This document shows, in pieces, positions 9,381-19,523 of a stretch of DNA of 64,000 nucleotides. A program made the position numbers and the translations under genes. The notes under the pieces were generated by a model, which saw only the letters and a list, made by a program, of their open reading frames with translations, was not told the DNA's origin and made no database searches. The stretch's first letter is position 1; every line of letters starts with the position of its first letter. The stretch lies in the IMG/VR virus record IMGVR_UViG_3300033553_000790. One strand, given 5' to 3'. This DNA comes from an uncultured virus (IMG/VR IMGVR_UViG_3300033553_000790) (lineage: Duplodnaviria; Heunggongvirae; Uroviricota; Caudoviricetes).

Positions 9381-9489
9381 TAAATGTAATTTTTTCTTAA
9401 AAGTGGTGGTGGCGAAACGCGTTAGCTAGTTACGATAATTATACGATAGAGCATTATTTAAGTTTAATGATACGAACATTTTAAGGAGT

Positions 9490-9828
9490 ATGATCATGAC
9501 AGACATTCTAGAGCTTATTATCCTTGATTTAGCTGATTTGTTGAGAGACAAGAATGCGCTAGAAAGTAAAGCTGAGACCCCTGAAGTTAAGAAACTCATC
9601 AAAACGTTCCTGTTTTTAGCTACGAACGGTGTTAACAAAATGGATGAAACTTTATGGCACTCTCGCCCTGAGTTGGATTTTAATTATGCTTACGCGGCCA
9701 TAAGAGAAGCCTCTGCTATGGCATTAGGTGTGGAGTCGGAAAAAACCTACATCTCTATTGCTGACACTTTAACCCGGTTCGAATCTGAAATGGATAAGCT
9801 AAAAGAAATTGGTTTCCTCAAGAAATAA
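9490..9828 (+). CDS. hypothetical protein
   Basis: AAGGAG RBS; CGTTAG at 9420. Confidence 0.6.
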   Translation: MIMTDILELIILDLADLLRDKNALESKAETPEVKKLIKTFLFLATNGVNKMDETLWHSRPELDFNYAYAAIREASAMALGVESEKTYISIADTLTRFESEMDKLKEIGFLKK

Positions 9829-9870
9829 GACCCGTGTAGCGCGGTTCAAATAGTTTCTCTAAAATAGTGA

Positions 9871-10230
9871 CTATAAGGCAGTGCTAGGATTATAGTATAT
9901 AACACCGGATTCGCCAGCTGTCAGCTGATATCTGTTACTCACTAGTAATCTATTGGGTTCGTTATCTTTCATCCACTCACACGCAAGATAAATAGCTTCA
10001 GCCTCAGTGAGGAGTCTTGATGTCATTTTACCAATCCTGTAGGTAGGAACATCACCCTCAGGGATTGTTTCCAAAAACTTATCATCAATGATACGTTCCA
10101 ACTCTACTACCGTTTTATAGTTATCATCACGAATCTGAGCATAAGTATGCCCACCTTGAACAGTGCCTGTGTAAATGTTAATTCCCGCACCGAAAGTAGT
10201 TAATTCAAGAACATATTCTTTATCGCTCAT
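9871..10230 (-). CDS. hypothetical protein
   Basis: ORF track. Confidence 0.6.
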   Translation of the reverse strand: MSDKEYVLELTTFGAGINIYTGTVQGGHTYAQIRDDNYKTVVELERIIDDKFLETIPEGDVPTYRIGKMTSRLLTEAEAIYLACEWMKDNEPNRLLVSNRYQLTAGESGVIYYNPSTAL

Positions 10231-10250
10231 TTTTTATTCCATTCAGCTAG

Positions 10251-10835
10251 TTAAGAACCAATTTGGTTCTGGTTGACTGCCAGGTTGTTTATGAACACGG
10301 ACTGTCTGTACAGACCATAATATTTGTCTAAGTCTTTATCATTAAGACTCGCCACCTCGTCTAATATAATTTCAAGAGTGTCGCGGGTTAATTTGTTGAT
10401 AATAATGTAGAAGAACGGAGACCAGTCTGAACCTCCCTTTTGGTTGTCTTTCAACTCGAAAACAACAAATTCGCCATCCTGTAACGTTTTCAGGACAGTA
10501 TGGCTGTCTAATGTCTCTTTTTTAAGATCTGAAGGGAGTTTAGAATGTACAGGTAACCAACTGTTTATCCTACGCACAGTTTCGTCTTTGTTAACAGGGC
10601 TGCCATCCGAGTTGAGTACAGTGAAGATATACGAATAGTCAGCACAAAGTTCATGTCGGCCTGTCCTGGAGTCTGTGTCTATGTGATGTACTTTCGCTAA
10701 ATACTCAACTTTGAGTTTACTGTCCCACACAGACAACATAACGTTTTTGTCATTCAGAACTAACTTACCGCCCTCCAGCTTAAAATCATTATCCTTAATG
10801 CCTTCTATTTTCTCAAACTTGACAAGCTCTGACAT
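10251..10835 (-). CDS. hypothetical protein
   Basis: AAGGAG RBS; CTAACG at 10868. Confidence 0.65.
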   Translation of the reverse strand: MSELVKFEKIEGIKDNDFKLEGGKLVLNDKNVMLSVWDSKLKVEYLAKVHHIDTDSRTGRHELCADYSYIFTVLNSDGSPVNKDETVRRINSWLPVHSKLPSDLKKETLDSHTVLKTLQDGEFVVFELKDNQKGGSDWSPFFYIIINKLTRDTLEIILDEVASLNDKDLDKYYGLYRQSVFINNLAVNQNQIGS

Positions 10836-10996
10836 TACTACTCCTTCTATAGTAGATATGTTACATCCTAACGTAGCGGTAACAAAAACAAAAGCTATAA
10901 AACAAGGAAAATGGTTTAACAGCTCCCCGAATGAATCATACTGGTCATCCGTTAGGATATATTCCTAAACAATAAACGCTCAGCAAGGAGATAATT

Positions 10997-11449
10997 ATGG
11001 CAGTTCCAGGAACACCAATAACTAAAGAAGATATAGCTCCGGGGGATAAGATTTATGCGAAGCTCGATATGGGATCTTTCAAAGCTGAGGCGTGCCTTCT
11101 AGTTGATCGTAAAACCTTAGGGGCTGACAGTATCCAACTTTTTTCTGTTGGGGCTAAAGCTTTATATGAAAAAGGGGAGACCCCAAGTGCGGTGTTTACA
11201 GCTCACGGTGATGTAGAAGATAATATGACCTTAAGTAAACTTAATAATTTCCCTGATCCTGAAGTTAAGGGCCTTAACAGATATTACGTACCCGGTGAAA
11301 TCATCAAAGACAGATGCACAATGGTGTTGATGGTTTTTGTTAAGACAGGTGAGTGGGTTAAATTCGAAACTCCAGACATAAGCATTGAAGACTCAACACA
11401 TGTTCGTGATTTACTTAAGAGCGGTATACTAGAGTTTTACGGTAAATAA
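10997..11449 (+). CDS. hypothetical protein, paralog family B1
   Basis: Similar to 6001..6444; AAGGAG RBS. Confidence 0.7.
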   Translation: MAVPGTPITKEDIAPGDKIYAKLDMGSFKAEACLLVDRKTLGADSIQLFSVGAKALYEKGETPSAVFTAHGDVEDNMTLSKLNNFPDPEVKGLNRYYVPGEIIKDRCTMVLMVFVKTGEWVKFETPDISIEDSTHVRDLLKSGILEFYGK

Positions 11450-11511
11450 AATATAGCAAACACGAAGCGTTTCACCACAAAACAAACGATAAGTAGTGAG
11501 TCTAAAGATAT

Positions 11512-11856
11512 TTACTTTGTGCTGAACTCTTGGAAAGCTTCATCTAATGTTATCACTTTAAGAACCCCACGGGCTTGCTCTAAGTATTTCTTAGCTGGTT
11601 CGTATTCCCATATTATTTTCATGTCATTAGAATAATTGTCATACTGGTAGAAACGACATCCGTTGAAACCACAGTAACCACTGTTGGGGAAAGTATCATG
11701 ATCATGAGCGTGAATAACATGGGCAAGCTGAACGTCATCTAGAGCTTCCCAAGCTCGTTCTTTAGCGGCCTCAAGTTCCCCGAGGCGCTTCTCATCTTCT
11801 GTCACAGTTTTTCGCATCTTGTTGACTTCTTCAGTGAGGCGTTCATAATCGTTCAT
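11512..11856 (-). CDS. hypothetical protein
   Basis: GGAG RBS; His/Cys cluster. Confidence 0.6.
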   Translation of the reverse strand: MNDYERLTEEVNKMRKTVTEDEKRLGELEAAKERAWEALDDVQLAHVIHAHDHDTFPNSGYCGFNGCRFYQYDNYSNDMKIIWEYEPAKKYLEQARGVLKVITLDEAFQEFSTK

Positions 11857-12038
11857 GTTTTACTCCGTAGTTGATTGCTTTGTTATGATTATATCACTAT
11901 CGTGCTCATAAAACAACTTACCATTAAACATGGCGCTAATGTTAAATCTGTTTTCTCCCATGCTGTATAATAAACAGAGGTGCTTCCGCTCCGTTAGGGA
12001 TAAGAGACACAAGCCAAAAAGAGCAAAGGATACACCGG

Positions 12039-12743
12039 ATGATTAAAGACACTATCAATGACGCTAAGAGCTTAGTGTTCTTCACTGGAGCAGGAGTATC
12101 AACAGATTCTGGCATACCAGATTTTAAGACCCTGGACGCCGGGTGGAAATTCCCCCTATCTCGGGAGAGGATGATCTCTTTATCTTTCTTCAAACAGAAA
12201 CCTGAACTCTTCTGGGAAGCTTACTCATATCTGTTCGAAGGGTTCAAAGATTTAAGACCCAACGGGTTCCACGAATGGGTTAGCTCACTACAGTCCTCAC
12301 ATGAAGTTAAAGTTGTTACACAGAACGTAGATGGGCTTGATGTGAAAGCAGGCACTAGGACCGTCATAGAAATACATGGGTCCGTACAGAAACTAGTGTG
12401 TTTGAACAAAAAATGTCGCAGAGTTTTTAACAGAAGCGCGGTTGCTAGCATGCCCCCAGTGTGTTCTGACTGTGGTCGTATTCTGAAACCAGATGTGGTT
12501 CTTTTCGAAGAGGTACTTAAAGACTATAATGAAGCTGAAACTGTAGCTGCCCAAGCTGATTTGCTGATTGTTGCTGGGGCTGCTTTAGATGTTTACCCAG
12601 CTAACCTCATCCCACATAACGCTATGATGAGGAACCCCAAGCTAGAACTCATGTGGGCTAATCGAACTTCACCACCACCGGGATATATTTTTGACCACGT
12701 TTTCGTGGGTGAGTTAAAAGATTTCGTCAAAGAAGTGCGGTAA
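12039..12743 (+). CDS. Sir2/CobB family NAD-dependent deacylase
   Basis: FTGAGVSTDSGIPDF, TQNVDGL, EIHGS, Zn-binding Cys pairs, LKPDVVLFEE. Confidence 0.93.
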   Translation: MIKDTINDAKSLVFFTGAGVSTDSGIPDFKTLDAGWKFPLSRERMISLSFFKQKPELFWEAYSYLFEGFKDLRPNGFHEWVSSLQSSHEVKVVTQNVDGLDVKAGTRTVIEIHGSVQKLVCLNKKCRRVFNRSAVASMPPVCSDCGRILKPDVVLFEEVLKDYNEAETVAAQADLLIVAGAALDVYPANLIPHNAMMRNPKLELMWANRTSPPPGYIFDHVFVGELKDFVKEVR

Positions 12744-12820
12744 GCTTTCACCAGCGTTTACCCTCATAGCCGTTAGCGATAACATATAATCGCACTCACT
12801 TGTTTACTTAGGAGTTCCAA

Positions 12821-13189
12821 ATGGATAAATTAGTTATTATTGCCGGTGAAATACATTTCTCAGATGCTAGTAAAGGGGACGGTAGTGTTTCTGATATTTG
12901 GGCAACTGTTAACAGACTACTACTCTCCCCGGAGAGCTCCATAGTCAGAGAAGAGCTGAGGTTAGACCAGGGTGTTCTACCAAAAGAGGATGGGGTGACG
13001 GTTGAGCTGTTATGGTGGGTTCCAGCCCGTTCAGGTTCGGCTTATCGTAAAGATGTGGCTGATTTTTTATGGGCAGCACGCGGTTTAGGTTTAACTGGCG
13101 CTGGCTCCGTGTCGATCACTTTAGATGAAGAAGACTGGGAAACTGAATTCTTTGTTAACAGCGAAGGGGTCACAGTTCACGCAGAGTAA
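12821..13189 (+). CDS. hypothetical protein
   Basis: AGGAG RBS; CGTTAG at 12771. Confidence 0.6.
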   Translation: MDKLVIIAGEIHFSDASKGDGSVSDIWATVNRLLLSPESSIVREELRLDQGVLPKEDGVTVELLWWVPARSGSAYRKDVADFLWAARGLGLTGAGSVSITLDEEDWETEFFVNSEGVTVHAE

Positions 13190-13233
13190 CCAGTGGGCTG
13201 TGTTCTTTACGGTGTTTTACTGCGTGGTAGAGT

Positions 13234-14076
13234 CTATAGGTCCGTGCCTTCGACGGTTTCTATTTTAAGTAACCCGTCCTCATTGACATAAGTAATTTCG
13301 AATTTCTCCCTTGCACTGTTCGCAGCCATGTCATTCAGTGTATCGAAGCTTTCAACCATTGTGTAGCTAGACGTTATTCGACCATCATCCAGATATCTTA
13401 TGGTTGCGCTGCCCTCTACCAGTTCGCCTGATATATCCCAACCTTTACCTTGCCCTATGGCTTTTAACTCATTCAGCACTACACTGAAGCCAGATAAACT
13501 TATAGTTCTGTCCAAGTAGTTATAACCACCAGGTTCTAGGTTATCAAAATAGTTTGATGAGAGAACGTTGTCTTTCGCTACTGCTATCTGAACTTCAACT
13601 AACGCTTTAGCGTATGTGCTGAGTTGGCTAGCGCCATCCTGCTCCACGAATTCCACTTCCCACCATTTATCAAGATCATCAACAAGCAGCTTAGTGTTTC
13701 CTTTGAACATTTCACGAATATCAAAATCACGATTCATGGATAACCTCGCAAGTGTGTCGGCTGTATAGTCATCACGGTAAGGTATCTGATATTTAGTTTC
13801 ATCCAGTGAAGCTCGAATAACTTCAACATTAGGCAATAGCTCTGCGGCAGTTATTGTTTCAACACTCTCCGTGGGTGTGGGCGAGGGTGACCATTCAGCA
13901 GACAGGTTTGACGTGGACGCAGTGTCACAAGCCGTCAGAGCGCCTACTGTAAGGACTAACGCAGTTGCAAAACCAACGACCCTACCTGCCCTGGGTTTGG
14001 TTACTGAATGAACAGAATTATCAGCCAATAGTAGGCTCTTCGGTTGTAAATTTTTGTTAAAAATGTTCAAATTCAT
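13234..14076 (-). CDS. lipoprotein (paralog 1)
   Basis: Signal peptide ending LTAC lipobox; QIPYRDDYT shared with neighbour. Confidence 0.75.
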   Translation of the reverse strand: MNLNIFNKNLQPKSLLLADNSVHSVTKPRAGRVVGFATALVLTVGALTACDTASTSNLSAEWSPSPTPTESVETITAAELLPNVEVIRASLDETKYQIPYRDDYTADTLARLSMNRDFDIREMFKGNTKLLVDDLDKWWEVEFVEQDGASQLSTYAKALVEVQIAVAKDNVLSSNYFDNLEPGGYNYLDRTISLSGFSVVLNELKAIGQGKGWDISGELVEGSATIRYLDDGRITSSYTMVESFDTLNDMAANSAREKFEITYVNEDGLLKIETVEGTDL

Positions 14077-14149
14077 GTTATTCGGTTCCTTTTTATTTTG
14101 ACACTAATTTATTATATTATGAGCTGTCGAGCTGTCGGGGGGTTACATA

Positions 14150-15034
14150 TCAAGGCTTCACGTTAGCTAGCCATTTAGATTCCATTGATACCATTCTGAG
14201 TATCTGCTCACCGTTTTTGTTGGTGGCAATCTCAAACTGCCTAAATATCTGTATCTTTTGGCTCACTTCAGGATCTTCGCTTGAGGTGCTGGGCCATTCA
14301 ATAACTATGTAACCTACATATATGGTACCGTCGTCTGCATAGTTTATCTGTTGGCTCACTTCAACTAAGTCATTGGTTATGTTATATTCGGTACCGTTAT
14401 ACACTGCGCTCCGCTCATGCTCTAGGACATCCCAAGTTGAGCCCATAACGGTTTTCATAAAGTTGTAGTCACCGGGCTGTAAGTTCTCCATATAATCCTC
14501 AGATATTATGTTGTCTTTAGCTATGTCAACCAGAACCTGTACCAACGGCTCCATGTAATCAATTGTTTGATAATCTCCTGTTGCATTATATTCAGCTTCC
14601 GCCCATTTATCAAAGTTATCACCCAGGATTTCTTGATTGTTGTTAAACATTTGCCTGATGTTAAGAATCTGATCAGATGAGAGCTTCGCTAGCTCAGCGC
14701 CAGTGTAATCATCTCGGTAGGGTATCTGAACGCTTGTTTCATCCAAAGAAGTACGTATGGCTTCCGCATTCGGTAATAAATCTTGAGGATCTATGGCCTC
14801 TACACTTGGAGTGGTAGATGGGGAAGGAGTAGAAGATTGGCCGACAACAGTATCCGAAGTGGTACTTGCAGTATCACAAGCAGTCAGCGAACCCATCGCG
14901 AAGGCCAGAGCAGCTGCAATACTAATGACCCTGCCAGCCCTAGGCCTAGTTGTTAATCCAAAAGTAGATGTTGACATACTGTTTGGTTGTAATTTCTGAT
15001 TAGAGTTATTCAAATTCATCTTGTTCGATTCCAT
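14150..15034 (-). CDS. lipoprotein (paralog 2)
   Basis: LTAC lipobox; tandem paralog of 13234..14076. Confidence 0.75.
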   Translation of the reverse strand: MESNKMNLNNSNQKLQPNSMSTSTFGLTTRPRAGRVISIAAALAFAMGSLTACDTASTTSDTVVGQSSTPSPSTTPSVEAIDPQDLLPNAEAIRTSLDETSVQIPYRDDYTGAELAKLSSDQILNIRQMFNNNQEILGDNFDKWAEAEYNATGDYQTIDYMEPLVQVLVDIAKDNIISEDYMENLQPGDYNFMKTVMGSTWDVLEHERSAVYNGTEYNITNDLVEVSQQINYADDGTIYVGYIVIEWPSTSSEDPEVSQKIQIFRQFEIATNKNGEQILRMVSMESKWLANVKP

Positions 15035-15168
15035 TTTGTCGTGATGCGAATTATTATACCATAATGGCAGGTACGATAAATAATATTTTTATGTTATTGC
15101 TATCAACAGCAGGGGGAAGAGTGTTATTTTAACTTATTTAACCTGAGTGCCATCTAAATGGGTTTACT

Positions 15169-15570
15169 TTACTCAAGACCTAATATCAGATACGATCCTT
15201 GGTTAATGAAACCACGGTAAGATTCGTAGGGAACGCCTGCTAAATCGGTTACGACTGTGTTGCCGTTCAGAGCTGCTTTCGCGGTTGATTGAACTTCGCT
15301 TTTTGGCCAGACTCCAGAGAACATTATGGTGTCTTCATAAACAACAATAAGTGTCCCCACATATTTTCCTTCTGCGCCTGTCATACCTGCCATAGATAAC
15401 CCATATATTTTACCTCTAGCTAAAACTTGACGTATGGGAACGAACGCGCCATCTAGAAGTAAGGTTTTACTTACTTTGCTTATCTCATCCGAAGTTAGAG
15501 GATCATTGTCACCAGCTAGCTCTTCTAAGTTAGTGTACACCGTATCTTTCTTTTTATTTCTGTTAAACAT
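15169..15570 (-). CDS. hypothetical protein
   Basis: AGGAG RBS; CTAACG at 15610. Confidence 0.6.
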   Translation of the reverse strand: MFNRNKKKDTVYTNLEELAGDNDPLTSDEISKVSKTLLLDGAFVPIRQVLARGKIYGLSMAGMTGAEGKYVGTLIVVYEDTIMFSGVWPKSEVQSTAKAALNGNTVVTDLAGVPYESYRGFINQGSYLILGLE

Positions 15571-15681
15571 GCTTCTCCTATGGCCAGCTGCGCGAAGTTG
15601 GTTTCTAATCTAACGTGGTAATGAGGTTAAAACTCAGAATACAAATATATATCTAAAATAGATAACCCCCGTAGTAAGCTA

Positions 15682-15903
15682 TTATGCCTTGGCGCGATTT
15701 TTTTCGTACTTAACAGAGTCTCTGATAGACCTATAGATTACATCTGCTGAGTACAGCATAACCAGAGTTGCGATAACGTCAACAAGATAGTTTGCTAAAG
15801 TAGCTTTTTGGAATAAATTGAAGACCATATTCCATACCACTGCGCTCACTACATATATCTGGTAAGGGGGCTTTAGGTATTTTTTGAAGTAGTTCACTAT
15901 CAC
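15682..15903 (-). CDS. small membrane protein
   Basis: Two hydrophobic segments. Confidence 0.5.
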   Translation of the reverse strand: MIVNYFKKYLKPPYQIYVVSAVVWNMVFNLFQKATLANYLVDVIATLVMLYSADVIYRSIRDSVKYEKNRAKA

Positions 15904-15989
15904 TCTTATTCTACTCTCCGCTGGTAAATATTATAGAATATATTGTATCATACCTGCCTTCATATTACTAGAGGCTGTTACTTTAGTTT

Positions 15990-16355
15990 TTACACCATCT
16001 TAAGGAATTTACTTTCACTCTGCTTTTTCAGTACTGACTGTAGGTTGAAAGAATCTCCTTTAGCGAAAAGAGCAGCCTCATCAAACGCATTCTCAAAAAG
16101 ACTCAAGTTAACGTCACAAACACCTAATCTGAATTTCGTATTCCACATAGGGGCTTTGAGAGCAGGCCAATACTCTAAGGTAACATCACCATTACTGTGG
16201 TTTAACTCAACGAGGTAATGTTTACCACCTTTATCATCTTTAATATAAGCCGCCGTGTAACTGTCACCGTCTTGTTTGACTTCTAAAACCCCGGCTTTAC
16301 CTGCGTTATAAGTTGTATCAGTCGCTGATGATGGGTTAGATATTTGTTTGTACAT
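15990..16355 (-). CDS. hypothetical protein
   Basis: GAGG RBS; CTAACG at 16386. Confidence 0.6.
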   Translation of the reverse strand: MYKQISNPSSATDTTYNAGKAGVLEVKQDGDSYTAAYIKDDKGGKHYLVELNHSNGDVTLEYWPALKAPMWNTKFRLGVCDVNLSLFENAFDEAALFAKGDSFNLQSVLKKQSESKFLKMV

Positions 16356-16408
16356 TATTTTCCTCTAATAGTAGTAAAATAATTTCTAACGGATATTATG
16401 ATGGGATT

Positions 16409-17158
16409 TTATAAGCCTGCTTGTGCTAACGCATTTTTCAGGGAAGCTTCGAACCCTTGGGATGTGTAACTAGCCCCGGAAACGTATGCGACATTCCAGG
16501 TTTGTGCTGACAGGGCTCTCGAAACCAGAGTAGGTAAAGCAGCACCGCTTATCTCACGTGAAGTCGGATCGGCTGAACCGGTTTGTAGCATTACGATACT
16601 AGTTATTTTATCATTAGAGATAATAGCTTGTGCTTGGTAGTTACCGTAGCGTGTTTGAGCGGTAGCTCCAGTGAAAGTTCCACTTACAGTAGTTGGCGGT
16701 GGCGGAGGAGGAGGAGGAGGGGTTGTTGGCGCTGGAGCGGGAGCGGGAGCTGGAGCTGGGGCTGGCGCGGGGGCTGGAGCTGATGTTGCTGGGGGTTTAG
16801 TTGCTGCGGGAGCTGAGGTCGCTGGGGCGGGGTCTGTTGTAGTTGGAGCGTCCGTCGTAGTCTCAGAAGGTGCTACGGAAGGGGTTTCGCTAGCGGGAGT
16901 ATCTGTGCTCTGCTGTGAAGGAGATGCGGATGGTGTTTCGCCTGAAGAAAATTCTGATGAATTTGACGGTTCCTCTGAAGGTACCCCAGTTGATGTGCCA
17001 TTACCTTCAGCTAGAATTTGATTATTATCAAAACTCGAACCCCCTGTGAATGATTTTCCATCAAGAGTGAACGTTAAGAAACCAGAGCCGAAAGCCGCAC
17101 TAGTGGCTAATAATGTGGTGGAAACCCCAATAAGGTTTACTGCGCGTGAGGTCTTCAA
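16409..17158 (-). CDS. secreted FMN-binding (FMN_bind) protein with Ser/Thr/Pro-rich linker
   Basis: Signal peptide; C-terminal TRYG..Q..., ALP.L...AL.AQ..NV..VSGASYTS containing the [ST]GA[ST] flavinylation motif. Confidence 0.88.
   Translation of the reverse strand: MKTSRAVNLIGVSTTLLATSAAFGSGFLTFTLDGKSFTGGSSFDNNQILAEGNGTSTGVPSEEPSNSSEFSSGETPSASPSQQSTDTPASETPSVAPSETTTDAPTTTDPAPATSAPAATKPPATSAPAPAPAPAPAPAPAPAPTTPPPPPPPPPTTVSGTFTGATAQTRYGNYQAQAIISNDKITSIVMLQTGSADPTSREISGAALPTLVSRALSAQTWNVAYVSGASYTSQGFEASLKNALAQAGL
16696..16780 (-). repeat. coding low-complexity repeat (AP)n plus poly-Pro
   Basis: GGAGCT/GGAGCG-like hexamer repeats inside the FMN-binding gene. Confidence 0.8.
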
Positions 17159-17394
17159 AGTTTCTTTCCTATATTGTCGTGGTTATTACTATAAAATCGG
17201 GTAATTCTAACAAGCTTTTGCGGTTTTATCCCATTTGATACACTTTTTTCTTCAACAAAGTTGAATATCGGGTTTGGGTGGTGCTTACATCCGCCTAATG
17301 AGGGTTTTCCTAGCTAATTACTAGTTTTAACATAAAATTATGAGCACCCTAAAGGATTTGTTGAAAAGATAGGCTCTAAACAGTAACTATAGCT

Positions 17395-17784
17395 TTAGTA
17401 AGCAACAATTTTTGATGTGGCTGCGTAAGCAGGTGGGTTTATACAAACGCCGGAATAGAAGGAGCCTGTGCCTTCGTATTGATTGCCAGTGTATTTACCT
17501 TCTTCATAATCGTAGTAACTTCCGCTTCCACGTTCCATGAAATAATCGTAATCGCCTAATGTTGTCGCGCCGCGTATGGCGTTTATTGTTGCATCATTGT
17601 AGCCGAAGTTTATGGTTACACTGTGGTGTTGACTTCCGTTCACGTCATTGTTTTTTGGCGCTTTAATTACGAGTATACTATTTTCGCTCACTAGACCACG
17701 TTCAACGAAATCCCATATGGCATCTCTTATTTCTTCGCTGATTGTCTCATCATCCATAATGTCAATGATTTTTATTTGTGACAT
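17395..17784 (-). CDS. hypothetical protein
   Basis: ORF track. Confidence 0.6.
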   Translation of the reverse strand: MSQIKIIDIMDDETISEEIRDAIWDFVERGLVSENSILVIKAPKNNDVNGSQHHSVTINFGYNDATINAIRGATTLGDYDYFMERGSGSYYDYEEGKYTGNQYEGTGSFYSGVCINPPAYAATSKIVAY

Positions 17785-17810
17785 GTTTCGTTACCTGTCT
17801 CTGAGTTGGT

Positions 17811-18176
17811 TTATACTACGTGGATTTTTACTCGGCCTTCGAGGATGTCATCAAGTTTGTAAACCTCTTGCCAGCCGCTCTCTATACGCTCTTTAGACAT
17901 AGCGATAATATAAGCAGTGATTTTATCTTTACTTTGGTGATCTATGGTGCTGAAATCTATGGTGCCGTTCTTAACTTGGCGTTGTGGAACAGTAAGCTCG
18001 CCTTCTCTTAGTCTCCAGCTATCATGGGCAAGTCCGTATATACCGCTCTGAGGGTCTATTGTGAAGAACTCACCTCTGAAGGTACCTAATTCACCGTGGC
18101 GGACTTTTATTTCACGCATTTCAAATAAGTCTCCGTCTTTCAATTCTTCCATTGACTTTATTCTTCGCATTTTCAA
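17811..18176 (-). CDS. hypothetical protein
   Basis: AAGGAAGG RBS; CTAACG at 18211. Confidence 0.6.
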   Translation of the reverse strand: MKMRRIKSMEELKDGDLFEMREIKVRHGELGTFRGEFFTIDPQSGIYGLAHDSWRLREGELTVPQRQVKNGTIDFSTIDHQSKDKITAYIIAMSKERIESGWQEVYKLDDILEGRVKIHVV

Positions 18177-18273
18177 CCTTCCTTAGTTTTTAGTTTGTTC
18201 AATGAATGTCCTAACGTCTCTTTATTCTGTTGATCAATGCGTTAGATATATTTTATACAAAAAGGAGAATAGT

Positions 18274-18636
18274 ATGGACATCCTCACTGACATTGGTGTA
18301 AGCGGAAGACGGGTTTATGGGTCGGGCAATATATTTATTAAAGATAACGAGAGGACCCGATCTGAAGCAGCCATGCTGTATGGCGCTAATGAGAATGGTA
18401 AAACGTTAAGCGAAGTTCTCATGAAAGGTGGGATGAAATGGGAACAAAGCGATAATGAGCTCATTATTTTTGCTTTCGACGGTGACGATTACGGTTCTGA
18501 CGGCAGTATAGATGACGTTATGTTATGTTTAGCTCCTTGGGCGGAAGGTCAAATGAGTTTCACATCTGATAATGTTAGGGCGTGGGAGATAACTGTGGAC
18601 ATGTCCCCTGCACCTAAAGTGCGTATGAAAAACTAA
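18274..18636 (+). CDS. hypothetical protein
   Basis: Start moved to ATG after AAGGAG; CGTTAG at 18240. Confidence 0.65.
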   Translation: MDILTDIGVSGRRVYGSGNIFIKDNERTRSEAAMLYGANENGKTLSEVLMKGGMKWEQSDNELIIFAFDGDDYGSDGSIDDVMLCLAPWAEGQMSFTSDNVRAWEITVDMSPAPKVRMKN

Positions 18637-18710
18637 CTAACTGTAACAGCTCCTAGGAACACTTTTTGCGTCCCGGCTTAGGCATATATAATCCTTAACT
18701 GCTTAGAAAA

Positions 18711-19049
18711 CTACTTAGCGGTCAGCTCACCATATTTTCTATCAATATGGCTTCGCACCCTACCAATAGTGGCAACCATCTCACCAACAGCGGCTAAACC
18801 TGCTTCATCAGCCGCAGTAGGCTCAGTTTCGCTTCCCCAGACTCTTGTCTGCTCATATTCCTCTAAATCGTAAACCAGTTTAGATAAAATACTAATCTCC
18901 TCCGCAGCGCGATACCATAAAACAGGGTCTATACCTTCCTTCTCAGCGGCCCTTAACAATTTAACGCTTCTTTCTAACGAAACGCCAGCGTTGTTCCTAA
19001 GCCCCAGTTTCTTACCTTGGGTTTCTAAATCATCTATTATGTTTGCCAT
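18711..19049 (-). CDS. hypothetical protein
   Basis: AAGGAG RBS. Confidence 0.65.
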   Translation of the reverse strand: MANIIDDLETQGKKLGLRNNAGVSLERSVKLLRAAEKEGIDPVLWYRAAEEISILSKLVYDLEEYEQTRVWGSETEPTAADEAGLAAVGEMVATIGRVRSHIDRKYGELTAK

Positions 19050-19076
19050 TTTTATTCTCCTTATGTAGTAACTAAT

Positions 19077-19409
19077 TTACCGGTTAAACCCATACTCGGC
19101 GTGATCAACTTGGAACTCCAGCCCAGCGTCATTAAGTAACTTAACCTGCTCATCAACATCTTTTATTATTCTATCCCCATATTTAGCGTTAGAGGCATAG
19201 TAGAACGGTTGGCCGAAACGTAGGTCCTCAACTAGCTCATACCATGAACCACTTGATTTTTCTATCGTAAGGGTGAAAGCCACATCAAGAAAATTCTCAC
19301 CTACTCTTCTGCTGTAAAACCAGTTCTTTTTCGAGTAGTCCGTGAAACCAAGTTCACGCATCTTCTCATCCGCGAGCACCTTTGTTGTACCTTGCCAGTC
19401 ATATACCAT
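19077..19409 (-). CDS. hypothetical phage-type protein
   Basis: KMRELGFTD...W, D..FGQPF.Y. Confidence 0.6.
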   Translation of the reverse strand: MVYDWQGTTKVLADEKMRELGFTDYSKKNWFYSRRVGENFLDVAFTLTIEKSSGSWYELVEDLRFGQPFYYASNAKYGDRIIKDVDEQVKLLNDAGLEFQVDHAEYGFNR

Positions 19410-19523
19410 AATCCTCTTGGGCTCCTATGTTGTGTTAATATTTACTACATCACTATCGGGGGATGGGCTGTGCTCGTTAGTGAATAGCGGATAACGAAAG
19501 AGAGTAGTAAAAGGAGATGACTA

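Noticed and set aside
12039..12743. Sir2 as an anti-phage NADase effector, or a phage NAD-reconstitution pathway
   Set aside because: Sequence is a classical Zn-binding CobB-type sirtuin; no partner defence genes or NAD-rebuilding enzymes recognised in the window.
16671..17021. Gly/Ala-rich ORF on + strand
   Set aside because: Antisense shadow of the Pro/Ala linker of the FMN-binding gene.
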